Part shown: piece after piece, positions 29,702-39,132 of the stretch
Layout: each line of letters opens with the position of its first letter
How positions within the stretch are numbered: position 1 is the first letter of the stretch
IMG/VR virus record: IMGVR_UViG_3300025121_000776
Span: 64,001-128,000 of that record
From: a virus
Strand: one strand, 5' to 3'
Length of the DNA stretch: 64,000 bases
Made by a program: the position numbers and the translations under genes
The notes under the pieces: generated by a model
Database searches by the model: none
Told to the model about the DNA's origin: nothing
What the model saw: only the letters and a program-made list of their open reading frames with translations

Positions 29702-30967
29702 ATGAAACAATTTATTGAATTAATTACAACCATCCTCAAAGATGGTAGAGTAAATACAGACCGCACTGGAGTGGGCACAGTATCTACATTTGGACATCAA
29801 TCTGTATTCTATATGAAAGATGGGTTTCCTTTGCTAACATTAAAAAAAACGTTTTACAAAGGAATTATTCATGAGCTTCTTTGGTTTCTTAATGCGGTGC
29901 CAGAAGAATATAAAAAGTTTGGCAACACAAACATTAAATATTTGGTTGATAATAACGTTCATATTTGGGATGAGTGGGCGTATGTAAAATACAAAAAACA
30001 CACAAGTACCATAGAAGAGCCAGATATGTCAGTTCTTATAGATGACCCTCAACGAAATAATAGCGTTAGAGAAATGACTCAAAAAGAATTTGCAGATGCA
30101 ATTAAAAACGATGATGAATTTGCTATGAAATGGGGAGACCTTGGTCCAGTTTACGGAAAACAATGGACTGATTGGGGTGGCTACACTAAAAAATATCAAG
30201 AACAAAGAAGTTATGGTGGAAGCTTTGGTGGCGAAACAAGCATTGTTTATGGCGATTGGAAAGAAGAAAAAATCCCAGGCATTAATCAAATTGATGTTCT
30301 TATTAATACTCTAAAAAATAGGCCAGACGATAGGGGAATTATGGTTTCAGCATGGGATGTAGCAGAATTGGGAAAAATGGCACTTAGGCCTTGCCATACC
30401 ATATTCCAATTTAAAGCAGAGCCACTTACCATTGATGAAAGAATAGATTTATTTATAAAAGATGGTGGTGACGTATTGGATTTGGGAATTGGGGGGAATG
30501 ACGAACAAGTAAGTTCCATTTTAACAACATTGGAAATCCCCAAATTTAGGCTTTCTTTACAGCTTTATCAACGCAGCGCAGATACTTTTTTAGGCGTAAG
30601 TTATAATATTGCAGGGTATTCTTTACTTTTGCATATGGTTGCTCAAATTGTCAATATGGTGCCATATAAGTTTGTTCATACCTTTGGAGACTTACACTTA
30701 TATCTTAATCATAAAGACCAGGTAAATGAGTTATTAAACAGAACTTATAACGAAGGGGAAGGAATAGACCCCAAAGATGAAATAGATTACTGGGATAACA
30801 TTAGAGAAACTTTATCAGATAATTGTGTGGGACATTATCGTGGACCAGAACTTCCAACATTAAAATTAAATCCAGCTATAAAAAATATTTCTGATTTTAG
30901 AATTGAAGATATAGAAGTTTTAAATTATAATCCACTACCAGCAATAAGTGCACCAGTAGCAGTATAG
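29702..30967 (+). CDS. thyA: thymidylate synthase with insertions
   Basis: DRTGVGT, ELLWFL, LGPVYG, PCH, YQRSAD, GDLHLY. Confidence 0.96.
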   Translation: MKQFIELITTILKDGRVNTDRTGVGTVSTFGHQSVFYMKDGFPLLTLKKTFYKGIIHELLWFLNAVPEEYKKFGNTNIKYLVDNNVHIWDEWAYVKYKKHTSTIEEPDMSVLIDDPQRNNSVREMTQKEFADAIKNDDEFAMKWGDLGPVYGKQWTDWGGYTKKYQEQRSYGGSFGGETSIVYGDWKEEKIPGINQIDVLINTLKNRPDDRGIMVSAWDVAELGKMALRPCHTIFQFKAEPLTIDERIDLFIKDGGDVLDLGIGGNDEQVSSILTTLEIPKFRLSLQLYQRSADTFLGVSYNIAGYSLLLHMVAQIVNMVPYKFVHTFGDLHLYLNHKDQVNELLNRTYNEGEGIDPKDEIDYWDNIRETLSDNCVGHYRGPELPTLKLNPAIKNISDFRIEDIEVLNYNPLPAISAPVAV

Positions 30968-30980
30968 CAAAAGAATAAAA

Positions 30981-31004
30981 AAAAGCCAGGCAATCCTGGC
31001 TTTT
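30981..31004. terminator. bidirectional terminator
   Basis: AAAAGCCAGG / CCTGGCTTTT between convergent genes. Confidence 0.85.
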
Positions 31005-31008
31005 GTTT

Positions 31009-31386
31009 TTATTGTGGGGGTTTATTCTTATCTGAATTTGTTATTGTTGAGTTTGGTCTTATCCCCGAAGTTCTATCAAGAATCACTTTAACGTCTCCCT
31101 TTATTTCTTCTATTTGTTTTATGAATTGTTCATCTTTTATCTGGAAAGAGCCAAGTTTTTCATCCAATTTTTCTTCTACTGTTTGAATAAATTCACTTTT
31201 ATCTTTTTCCATTTGCGATTTATAATCACTAACATCCGCCTTAACATCAAAATATGCAAGTGTAAAAGCAGAAGAAAATAATGTTATTAAGCCACCAACA
31301 ACCCATATAGCAACTTTTACTGATAATGTGATTTTAGTGTTTTCACCAATTGTTTGTACTCCAACCTTTGCTTCAATATCTCCCAT
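31009..31386 (-). CDS. single-TM coiled-coil protein (holin/spanin-like)
   Basis: TM segment followed by a coiled coil; late motif upstream. Confidence 0.5.
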   Translation of the reverse strand: MGDIEAKVGVQTIGENTKITLSVKVAIWVVGGLITLFSSAFTLAYFDVKADVSDYKSQMEKDKSEFIQTVEEKLDEKLGSFQIKDEQFIKQIEEIKGDVKVILDRTSGIRPNSTITNSDKNKPPQ

Positions 31387-31418
31387 GTCTTTTTTTTTTA
31401 ATAAATATTACAAATTTT

Positions 31419-31913
31419 CTAATAAACCACGGAATTTTGCCAAGTTATCAAAATAATGTCATCTGAATTTAAAGATTGAAACATTATTACGAGGTTAACT
31501 CCATCAAAGCTACCGCTTTTAGGGTTAATTAAAAAATATTCTAAATATTTAACATTTTGTAAAACTCCTAAAATATTTGACTTAGAAATGCTAACTCCTT
31601 TCAAATATGTTCCTGCTAAATATCCATAAGAATTATAACTATTACTATAAAAATATACATAATAAGTATATAATCCATTAATTGCATAAGTTGTTCTCAT
31701 TACTTTCGTGTAAAAACATGGGCAGCCAGCGCAAACAGTGCCAAACATTCCCCAATCATAAACTCTTCCGTTTTTATCAACCAATATTTGATACATATTT
31801 GCTTCCGTATTATATCCAGCATCTGATTTATAAGAATAATACTGATTGTGATTTTGAGCTACTCCAAGCAGCCATGTTATTGATAATACAAGTAATAATA
31901 CAAATGTTTTCAT
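31419..31913 (-). CDS. secreted hypothetical protein
   Basis: Signal-peptide-like N-terminus. Confidence 0.65.
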   Translation of the reverse strand: MKTFVLLLVLSITWLLGVAQNHNQYYSYKSDAGYNTEANMYQILVDKNGRVYDWGMFGTVCAGCPCFYTKVMRTTYAINGLYTYYVYFYSNSYNSYGYLAGTYLKGVSISKSNILGVLQNVKYLEYFLINPKSGSFDGVNLVIMFQSLNSDDIILITWQNSVVY

Positions 31914-31915
31914 AA

Positions 31916-33670
31916 TTATAGGTCATAAATTATTTCAAATCCAAAATTCATTGCAAAGTCTTTAATCATAATTCCAGCCTTAGCATTGGCTTCATCTTCT
32001 ATCCATCCTCCTATAGTTTGAATTGTTTCACCCATATCAAAACTTTTTACTTCTCTCTGCCTGTTATGAGTTAATTCGTGGCCAATACTTCTTAAAATGT
32101 CAACTAAAGCCCTGCCTGTGCATCTTATGTGATTAGAGTTTTCGCCTGGAACATATGAAGCTGTTGTCATTATGTATTCGTCTCTGCCCTTATGAAGATA
32201 AATTGACACTGGCTCTTCTATTCCCAATCTATTGCAAACAAAATTTATAAAACTTTTTATTATTTCAACCTTTTCTGGGGTCATTCCTTCAATACCATCT
32301 TCAACACCTAAAATATTTTCTTGCTTATCTCCATTTAATTTAAATTTAAGTTTTTTGTTTGGAGGGTAAGAATAAGAAAAAGTATCACTCTCAAAAACAG
32401 CACGTTTTTTTAAATCTTTTATGTATTTTTTCCCAGTTCCTGGTTTCACATATGCAATTGTCATATGTGGATGATATTCTGGATGGTCATTTTTATAGGG
32501 AAAATTTTCTCTTAAAACACTATTTAACTCATTTAAATCTGGGGAATCAACATCAAATTTTAAAACATCATAATCTTTATTTTCAAATAAAGATATGTTA
32601 TTTAATTTAACTTTTAATTTTTCTTTGTTCTGTAATAATTTTTTTGTTGTTTCCTCAACTTCTTCTGGAGAAACTTTATTGGGAATAAATCCAAATAATG
32701 CTGTAATATGTGGTTTATCTTCTAATCCATATCCAATAGCATCATAAATATCCTTTTGTTCAATTATACCAGTAATTTTATCCCATCCTTTTATATTTAA
32801 ATCTAGCATTAAGCAGCCAAACTCTTTTTTAAATTCTTCTTTTCCTTCTATAATTACTTTTCTTTTATTTTCAACCGATTCAGCCACTTGTTCTTTTTCT
32901 GCTAAAGATAAAGAAGAATCAAAAGCGGCTTTTTTAATATTGGAAAGTTTTTCAAGATAATCAGCTTTTCTAATAACTTTAAAAGCAAGATTTTCTACAG
33001 AGTATTCTCCTCCTTGTTCTAAACCAGAATTTCTAAGTTTTTTTAGCTTATCTTTTATTTTTTCAGCTTTAGCTAAAAGTTCCTTTTCATCATTAATTTG
33101 TTCCAAACTATCAATATCATTCATTATTGTAGCTGCCTTTTCTTTAATTGCAACTTCATCAATATCTTTTGTGTATTTTTCTGGCTTTTGAACCCATTCG
33201 TTTTTTAAAACACTATAAACGCCTTTTGAAGAAAACAAAGTTTCTTCATCTTTTGCAAATAATTCTACTTCAAAGCCTTTTATTTTGATATCATGTTCAT
33301 CATTCCACAAGGATTTCTTTGCGACAATATATTCTTGAAGGAATTCCATTGGCTCATTCATTGATTCTAAATCAAGAATTAAGTGAATATCAATATCACT
33401 CATCAAAGTCCAGTTGTAATTAGCTAAGCTTCCAGTAAAAATTACATCTTTTAATTTACAGTTTAATTTTAAATATTCTTTAAAAGCCTTAGCAATTTTT
33501 AATATCGTAAGTCTTGCATCTTTTTTTAATTTCTCTCCATCCCAAATTTCAGCGTTTAAAGTGTCTTTTGGCTCATTTACTTGCACATCAATATCGCTGG
33601 GGGAAATAATCTCTTCAAGAAAACTAAAACTTCTAGTTAAAATATATGGATTTTTTTTCTTTGACTTCAT
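31916..33670 (-). CDS. nucleotidyltransferase - 2H phosphoesterase (Acb1-like) - HExxH domain fusion
   Basis: GSLANY...SDIDIH...VELF (pol-beta NTase); PHITAL and PHMTIAY (two HxT motifs); SIGHELTH. Confidence 0.8.
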   Translation of the reverse strand: MKSKKKNPYILTRSFSFLEEIISPSDIDVQVNEPKDTLNAEIWDGEKLKKDARLTILKIAKAFKEYLKLNCKLKDVIFTGSLANYNWTLMSDIDIHLILDLESMNEPMEFLQEYIVAKKSLWNDEHDIKIKGFEVELFAKDEETLFSSKGVYSVLKNEWVQKPEKYTKDIDEVAIKEKAATIMNDIDSLEQINDEKELLAKAEKIKDKLKKLRNSGLEQGGEYSVENLAFKVIRKADYLEKLSNIKKAAFDSSLSLAEKEQVAESVENKRKVIIEGKEEFKKEFGCLMLDLNIKGWDKITGIIEQKDIYDAIGYGLEDKPHITALFGFIPNKVSPEEVEETTKKLLQNKEKLKVKLNNISLFENKDYDVLKFDVDSPDLNELNSVLRENFPYKNDHPEYHPHMTIAYVKPGTGKKYIKDLKKRAVFESDTFSYSYPPNKKLKFKLNGDKQENILGVEDGIEGMTPEKVEIIKSFINFVCNRLGIEEPVSIYLHKGRDEYIMTTASYVPGENSNHIRCTGRALVDILRSIGHELTHNRQREVKSFDMGETIQTIGGWIEDEANAKAGIMIKDFAMNFGFEIIYDL

Positions 33671-33694
33671 TAAATAACTATTTTCAATAAATAG

Positions 33695-34150
33695 TTATAA
33701 ATTATGAATTTTAAAAAACTCTGCAACTTCTGTTTTTTTAAAACTATAAAGCTTAGTCATACTGCCTTTGTCGCCAGCCAAATTAAATATTTTTGGTTTT
33801 AAATAATCAATCATACATTTTAACTTATGTGTTTCTATATTCCATATTTCGTTAAAATGTAAAAAATAAGTTGTAAAATAATCTGCTTCTGTAACTGCAA
33901 TTCCAGATGACTTTCCTCTACACTCAAATTCTACAACTATATTACCAGTGTTGATTGGATAAATATCAGTTTTAATTTCATATGTTTTTATACAACTCTT
34001 AAATGACATTTTTAAATCATATCTATAATCGTAATTTTTTTCAATGAAAGCATATCCTTTTTGTATCATGAAGTTTTTAACAATATCTTCGCCCCTTTCT
34101 CCTGTTATAACATCTTTTTTAAAATCATATTTTCCTTTTATTATTTTCAT
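33695..34150 (-). CDS. PD-(D/E)XK nuclease family protein
   Basis: GERGE...YDL...YEIKTD; TAAATTTG promoter at 34155-34162 (minus). Confidence 0.75.
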   Translation of the reverse strand: MKIIKGKYDFKKDVITGERGEDIVKNFMIQKGYAFIEKNYDYRYDLKMSFKSCIKTYEIKTDIYPINTGNIVVEFECRGKSSGIAVTEADYFTTYFLHFNEIWNIETHKLKCMIDYLKPKIFNLAGDKGSMTKLYSFKKTEVAEFFKIHNL

Positions 34151-34234
34151 GAAGCAAATTTATATAAAAAAAACCAATTATCAAAAATTATGTTTCATAT
34201 TACTGTAGTCAGGTTAAAGCTGACTAAATGCATA

Positions 34235-34278
34235 TAAAACATAAAAGCCCCGCAGAAATGTGGAGCTTTTATGTTTTA
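34235..34278 (-). terminator. long hairpin terminator
   Basis: 14-bp outer stem TAAAACATAAAAGC/GCTTTTATGTTTTA with an inner CCGCA-GAAA-TGTGG stem. Confidence 0.75.
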
Positions 34279-34290
34279 TTAGTATTTTTT

Positions 34291-34722
34291 TTACCTATTA
34301 TCGTCTTTTGGTATATTATATGAATATAAATTTTGCCATCTACCTTTTTGGTCTTCTTTTACAATATTTTTTTCTTCTGAAATAATATCAAATAGTTCTG
34401 GATTAATTAAAGGATTTCTTAAATCCATTTTCTTATTAACCTTTTTCATTTCTTCTGCAAGGATTTTAATTTTCTCTGGAGAAAAAGATTCACCTATAGA
34501 TAATGTCTCTGGAACTTTAGGTTCTTTTTCAAGTTTTGGAGCTTCTGGAAGTTTATTTACATTGCCTTTTGTTGAATTGGGTTTAGTAAATTTAGGTAGT
34601 TCTGGAACCTTTAAGGTTTTTTTCTTTTCATCCAACACCTCTGCTCTAGATAAATCTTCGTTTTCAGAAAGATATTTCTTGGCACTTTTAATTACAAATT
34701 CTTTAAATTCTTTCTTATCCAT
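34291..34722 (-). CDS. putative virion protein
   Basis: FKEFVIKSAKKYLSE N-terminus; late motif at 34746. Confidence 0.5.
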   Translation of the reverse strand: MDKKEFKEFVIKSAKKYLSENEDLSRAEVLDEKKKTLKVPELPKFTKPNSTKGNVNKLPEAPKLEKEPKVPETLSIGESFSPEKIKILAEEMKKVNKKMDLRNPLINPELFDIISEEKNIVKEDQKGRWQNLYSYNIPKDDNR

Positions 34723-34869
34723 AAGAAAATTTTGTTAAGTTTTTATATAAATATAATAAAAAAATGAAATCCTATTCTCTAGCACTTGGAATTCAATAAT
34801 TATTGCATAATAGTAAAACTTTTTTTATTTTTTTTCGTATAATAGTATAGAAACAAAAATAGAAAGACA

Positions 34870-34947
34870 ATGACAACTAATAGAAAAAACTATTTTGAAG
34901 AACTCATAGATGCTATTGCTATTTTAATACAAGAAAAAAAAGAATAA
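34870..34947 (+). CDS. 25-aa small ORF
   Basis: ATG downstream of TTCGTATAAT (34834). Confidence 0.35.
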   Translation: MTTNRKNYFEELIDAIAILIQEKKE

Positions 34948-34952
34948 AACCC

Positions 34953-35315
34953 TTATTTCATAGGGTTTTTATCACTTATATCAGCAAAAATTAATGCAAT
35001 TAATTGCTGTAAAAAGCTTTGCCTTTTCAGTAATTTTTTATATTCTATTATGATTGCATCTACCAAAGATTCTATGTTGGGATTATGTACTCTTTGGGGG
35101 GCTGATTTTATATCATTAATTATGCTTATAAATTCAGCCACGTCTGTGTTTCTTCCCCATTTTATCCAAAAGTGAATTCCGCCAGATAAAACAATATGGA
35201 CATAGGTTATTTGTTTATTTTCATCTCGGTCAATACTAATGTTTTTTAAAGAAACTTTTTTTTCTTTAAACACCTGTTTATAAGCATTTAATATGTTACT
35301 ATTTAACTCTTTCAT
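34953..35315 (-). CDS. hypothetical protein
   Basis: ORF. Confidence 0.7.
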   Translation of the reverse strand: MKELNSNILNAYKQVFKEKKVSLKNISIDRDENKQITYVHIVLSGGIHFWIKWGRNTDVAEFISIINDIKSAPQRVHNPNIESLVDAIIIEYKKLLKRQSFLQQLIALIFADISDKNPMK

Positions 35316-35316
35316 A

Positions 35317-36708
35317 TTATTTGCTAATAAATATCATTTTTTTTATTTCTTCCGCATCACCAGAATCAATTATAGGCTTAACTCTATCTGGATTTTTAAA
35401 GAATTCCTTTTCAATTCTAGCGATAGCTATGCCTAATTCTCTATCTTTATATCCCAAAGTTTTTAATAGTTCTGATGGTTGAATAAATTCATCTGCAAGT
35501 CTTAATAAGTTTTTTATTTTAACCTTATCAATGTGATTTAAGTTTGCAAATTTATCCATTACTTCTTCAGTCATTGGATATGGTTTTTCAGATATTACAG
35601 GTTTTGCGTTTTTTACCTTTTGCGAGTAAAATTTTTTAATCTCAGAAGCATTATCTTCATTTAAACTTATTAAGCTAACAAGAAAAGCAAAGCAGTTAAC
35701 TTCATCAGAACTATATTTTTTCAAATTAAGTTCAGTACCTATGTTTTTAATATTGTTACGTCTTAATAAATTAGCGGTCATAGCAATTGGATGTCTTTCT
35801 TCTGCAAAAGCACTTAAATCAACACTTAAATTAGTTCCAAATATGTGTTTAAAGAAATCAAAATCCTGTAATAAAGAAAGGAAATGAACTACACTTTTTG
35901 CATTTTTTATACCTTTGTAGTATTCATCTCTTATTCTTTCATCTGAAACTTTTTTACCAATTGGGTCAACCAATGATGTGCCACCAGCTCTAATTGCAGC
36001 AGCAACATTATTTGGAATTTCCGAACCCATTACTGCGGCAAATCTCACGGCACGAATCTTTCGAAGGGGGTCTTCTGCAAATCTGTCTTCTGGGTTTCCA
36101 ACAGTGTTAATTGAGTTCGTTTTTAAATCATTAACCCCTCCCACTAGGTCATGAACTATTCCAATGAATCCCTTATCATTAACTCCAGTTATTTCATAGT
36201 ATAATGCATTGATAGTCAAATCTCTCCTTTGAGAATCTTTTTCAATTGTTTTTTCATACTGAACAGAATCTGGTTTTCTTCCTCCGCCAGAATCACTACG
36301 TAGTGTAGCCAACTCATATTGATTATGAGATTTTGTAACAAGAAATTGGATAGCAAAAGATTCTCCAATATTTAAAATGTTTGAAATAAAATCTGCACCA
36401 GAAAACATTTTTTTAATTTCATCTGGAGTCGCATCTGTAACTAAATCAAAGTCTTTTGGAACAACCAAAGTTTCATTCATGGGATTTTTTGATAATTTTA
36501 TTGAGTTTCTAACAGTATCTCGGACTGCACCTCCAATAATCCACATTTTAAACCCATTTTTGTTGAGCGTGTATTTTATTTTTGAAATATCATTTTTATC
36601 AGATTCTTTTACAGGCATTTCGAGAGCAAAAGTTTTTGCTCCATCAGCTTCTTGTAAGAATTTTTCTAACAATATTTTTTTCACCTTTTTTCTTATTTCT
36701 TTTTCCAT
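35317..36708 (-). CDS. CCA-adding enzyme / poly(A) polymerase family nucleotidyltransferase
   Basis: GGAVRD, DFDLVT, RRDLTINA, EDPLRKIRAVRF. Confidence 0.92.
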   Translation of the reverse strand: MEKEIRKKVKKILLEKFLQEADGAKTFALEMPVKESDKNDISKIKYTLNKNGFKMWIIGGAVRDTVRNSIKLSKNPMNETLVVPKDFDLVTDATPDEIKKMFSGADFISNILNIGESFAIQFLVTKSHNQYELATLRSDSGGGRKPDSVQYEKTIEKDSQRRDLTINALYYEITGVNDKGFIGIVHDLVGGVNDLKTNSINTVGNPEDRFAEDPLRKIRAVRFAAVMGSEIPNNVAAAIRAGGTSLVDPIGKKVSDERIRDEYYKGIKNAKSVVHFLSLLQDFDFFKHIFGTNLSVDLSAFAEERHPIAMTANLLRRNNIKNIGTELNLKKYSSDEVNCFAFLVSLISLNEDNASEIKKFYSQKVKNAKPVISEKPYPMTEEVMDKFANLNHIDKVKIKNLLRLADEFIQPSELLKTLGYKDRELGIAIARIEKEFFKNPDRVKPIIDSGDAEEIKKMIFISK

Positions 36709-36834
36709 CGGATAATATTTTTTTATAAATATGTCTCCTTTTTCATTATACGAAAAACATTGGAAAAAGTTTTGCTTTGTAAAATGATTTTTTATTCTTA
36801 TATTTGCTTATAACTTTAAAAAAATAAATAATTT

Positions 36835-37206
36835 ATGACTAATTACGGAAAAGAATTGATTTTAGACTTACACAACTGCGATGTAAGAATGTTTAATCGA
36901 AAATATTTGAAGCAGTATTTCAAAGCACTATGCAATGAAATAGATATGCAAAGATGCAAACTTTGTTGGTGGGATGATTTACATACACCTGAAGCAGAAA
37001 AACAGACTTTGTCACACACAAAAGGAACATCGGCAGTTCAATTTATCCTTACAAGTAATATCACTATTCATACACTTGAATTGACAAAAACTGTTTATGT
37101 GAATATATTTAGCTGCAAAGATTTTGATTCTCATAAAGCTGAATTACTAACAAAAGAACATTTCAAAGGCGAAGTGAAACAATCATTAACAATAGATAGA
37201 ATTTAA
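36835..37206 (+). CDS. speD: S-adenosylmethionine decarboxylase proenzyme
   Basis: GKELILDL...GTSAVQFILTSNITIHT...YVNIFSC. Confidence 0.8.
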   Translation: MTNYGKELILDLHNCDVRMFNRKYLKQYFKALCNEIDMQRCKLCWWDDLHTPEAEKQTLSHTKGTSAVQFILTSNITIHTLELTKTVYVNIFSCKDFDSHKAELLTKEHFKGEVKQSLTIDRI

Positions 37207-37222
37207 TGATTATCTTTGCAGA

Positions 37223-37810
37223 ATGAAAAAGTCTGGTATTTATAAAATAGAATCAAAAATCAAATCTAACAAATGCTACGTAGGTAGTGCTGTTTGTATT
37301 AGCAATAGATGGTATATCCATTTAAGACTTCTAAGGTTAAATAAACATCCTAATCGAAAACTTCAAAGTCATTTTAATAAATACAGTGAATCTGATTTGC
37401 AATTTTCAATCCTTTTAAGCTGTGAAAGAGAAGATTTAATAAAAAATGAGCAATATTATATTGATTTATACAAACCGTTTTTTAATAATTGTAAAAAAGC
37501 GGGGAGTCAGTTGGGAATAAAAAGAACATCTGAATTTAAAAATAAATTAAGAGGTAGGCATATTTCAGAAGAAACACGAAGAAAATTAAGCGAATTAGGT
37601 AAAGGGAGAATTTTTTCAGAAGAAACACGAGATAAAATGAGTAAGGCAAAAATTGGCAATAAAAATGTTGCAGGTAGTAAGCGTTCAAATGAAACAAATG
37701 ATAAGCATAGAAAAGTTATGACAGGGAAAACTCATTCAGAAGAAACAAAAGCAAAGATGCGTAAAAGCAAACTTGGAAATAAAAACGCAACAAAAAACAA
37801 AGAAAAATAA
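37223..37810 (+). CDS. free-standing GIY-YIG homing endonuclease with NUMOD3 repeats
   Basis: GIYKI...YVGSA...R...H; repeated (H)SEETRxK; own TATCTTTG promoter at 37211. Confidence 0.9.
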   Translation: MKKSGIYKIESKIKSNKCYVGSAVCISNRWYIHLRLLRLNKHPNRKLQSHFNKYSESDLQFSILLSCEREDLIKNEQYYIDLYKPFFNNCKKAGSQLGIKRTSEFKNKLRGRHISEETRRKLSELGKGRIFSEETRDKMSKAKIGNKNVAGSKRSNETNDKHRKVMTGKTHSEETKAKMRKSKLGNKNATKNKEK

Positions 37811-37812
37811 TT

Positions 37813-38817
37813 ATGAACGTAGTTTTAATAGTGCCTACTGGAATAGGTGCAGAAATAGGCGGACACGCAGGAGATGCAAACCCTGCTGCTAAATTACTTG
37901 CTTCCTGTTGTGATAAACTAATTACACATCCAAATGTAGTAAACGCATCAGATATAAACGAGCAAACTTATAATACTTTGTATGTTGAAGGAAGTATCCT
38001 TGACAGATTTTTGAGAGGTGAAATATATTTGAAAGAAGTATTTTACAACAAAATTCTATTGGTTGTAAATAGTCCTATAAACAATGATACGATAAACGCA
38101 GTTAATGCTGCAAGGACCACAATTGGAGCGGACATTAAAATAGTTGAACTTGAAACTCCATTGGAAATGATGGGATTTTATAAAAATGGAAAAGCTGATG
38201 GCAAAGTAACAGGATGTTTGGAATTAGTTGAACAAATCAAAGATTACGACTTTGCCGCCTTGGCAATTCAAACCAACATACAAGTTGAACGAGAAACAAA
38301 ATTACATTATTTAAAAAATGGTGGGGTAAATCCGTGGGGCGGAATCGAAGCAATTACATCAAAATTAATTGCCGACAAACTTGATAAACCCGTTGCTCAT
38401 TCTCCTTTTGTTGATTGGCAAAACGGACAGGATGACTTAGCAGATTTTAATGAAGTTGTTGACCCCAGAATGAGTGCTGAAATGGTATCACTTTGTTATT
38501 TGCATTGCATTTTAAAAGGATTACATAAAGCGCCAAAAATTGATTACGAAAAAGGACTATCAGTTGATGACGTTGATTTTCTAATAACTCCAATAAATTG
38601 TGTTGGCGAGCCTCATTACGCCTGCATGAATGCTGGAATACCAATTATAGCTGTAAAAGAAAATAAAACTATTTTAAATGATAAAATGCCCGATAATTTT
38701 ATTATAGTAGATAATTATATTGAGGCAGCTGGATTACTTATGGCCTACAAGGCAGGAATAAGCTCACATTCGGTAAGGCGACCAATTCTTAACAATTTTA
38801 ATAAAAACTTAATATAA
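37813..38817 (+). CDS. DUF3326 family protein
   Basis: IVPTGIGAEIGGHAGDA, THPNVVNA, NPWGGIEA, PVAHSP. Confidence 0.8.
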   Translation: MNVVLIVPTGIGAEIGGHAGDANPAAKLLASCCDKLITHPNVVNASDINEQTYNTLYVEGSILDRFLRGEIYLKEVFYNKILLVVNSPINNDTINAVNAARTTIGADIKIVELETPLEMMGFYKNGKADGKVTGCLELVEQIKDYDFAALAIQTNIQVERETKLHYLKNGGVNPWGGIEAITSKLIADKLDKPVAHSPFVDWQNGQDDLADFNEVVDPRMSAEMVSLCYLHCILKGLHKAPKIDYEKGLSVDDVDFLITPINCVGEPHYACMNAGIPIIAVKENKTILNDKMPDNFIIVDNYIEAAGLLMAYKAGISSHSVRRPILNNFNKNLI

Positions 38818-38821
38818 AATC

Positions 38822-39067
38822 ATGGAAAAAATACACAATATAAATTTACAACCACTTAAGTCGGTTAGAGCCTGGGACACAAAAAGAGTGAAGGCTTATA
38901 AGAATAGAATTCAAAAACACATTTCTTATTTAGAAACCAATTCGTTTGCCATTTGTTGTGACCATGTCCCAGTTAATGTGAAGCAAGCCGAAGTAGAATT
39001 AGAAAGATTCAGAAACTACAAAGCAGAATTAAAAAAAATTCTTGCAGAAAGAGAACATGTTGACTAA
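38822..39067 (+). CDS. hypothetical protein
   Basis: ORF. Confidence 0.65.
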   Translation: MEKIHNINLQPLKSVRAWDTKRVKAYKNRIQKHISYLETNSFAICCDHVPVNVKQAEVELERFRNYKAELKKILAEREHVD

Positions 39068-39132
39068 TTCTACAACTTTTCTAATTTTTTTTCGTATAAA
39101 TTAGTGTAAATAAATTTATAAAATTTAAAAAA

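Noticed and set aside
37223-37810. GIY-YIG gene as an intron-encoded ORF
   Set aside because: The flanking speD and DUF3326 genes look complete and unrelated, and no group I core motifs were found around it
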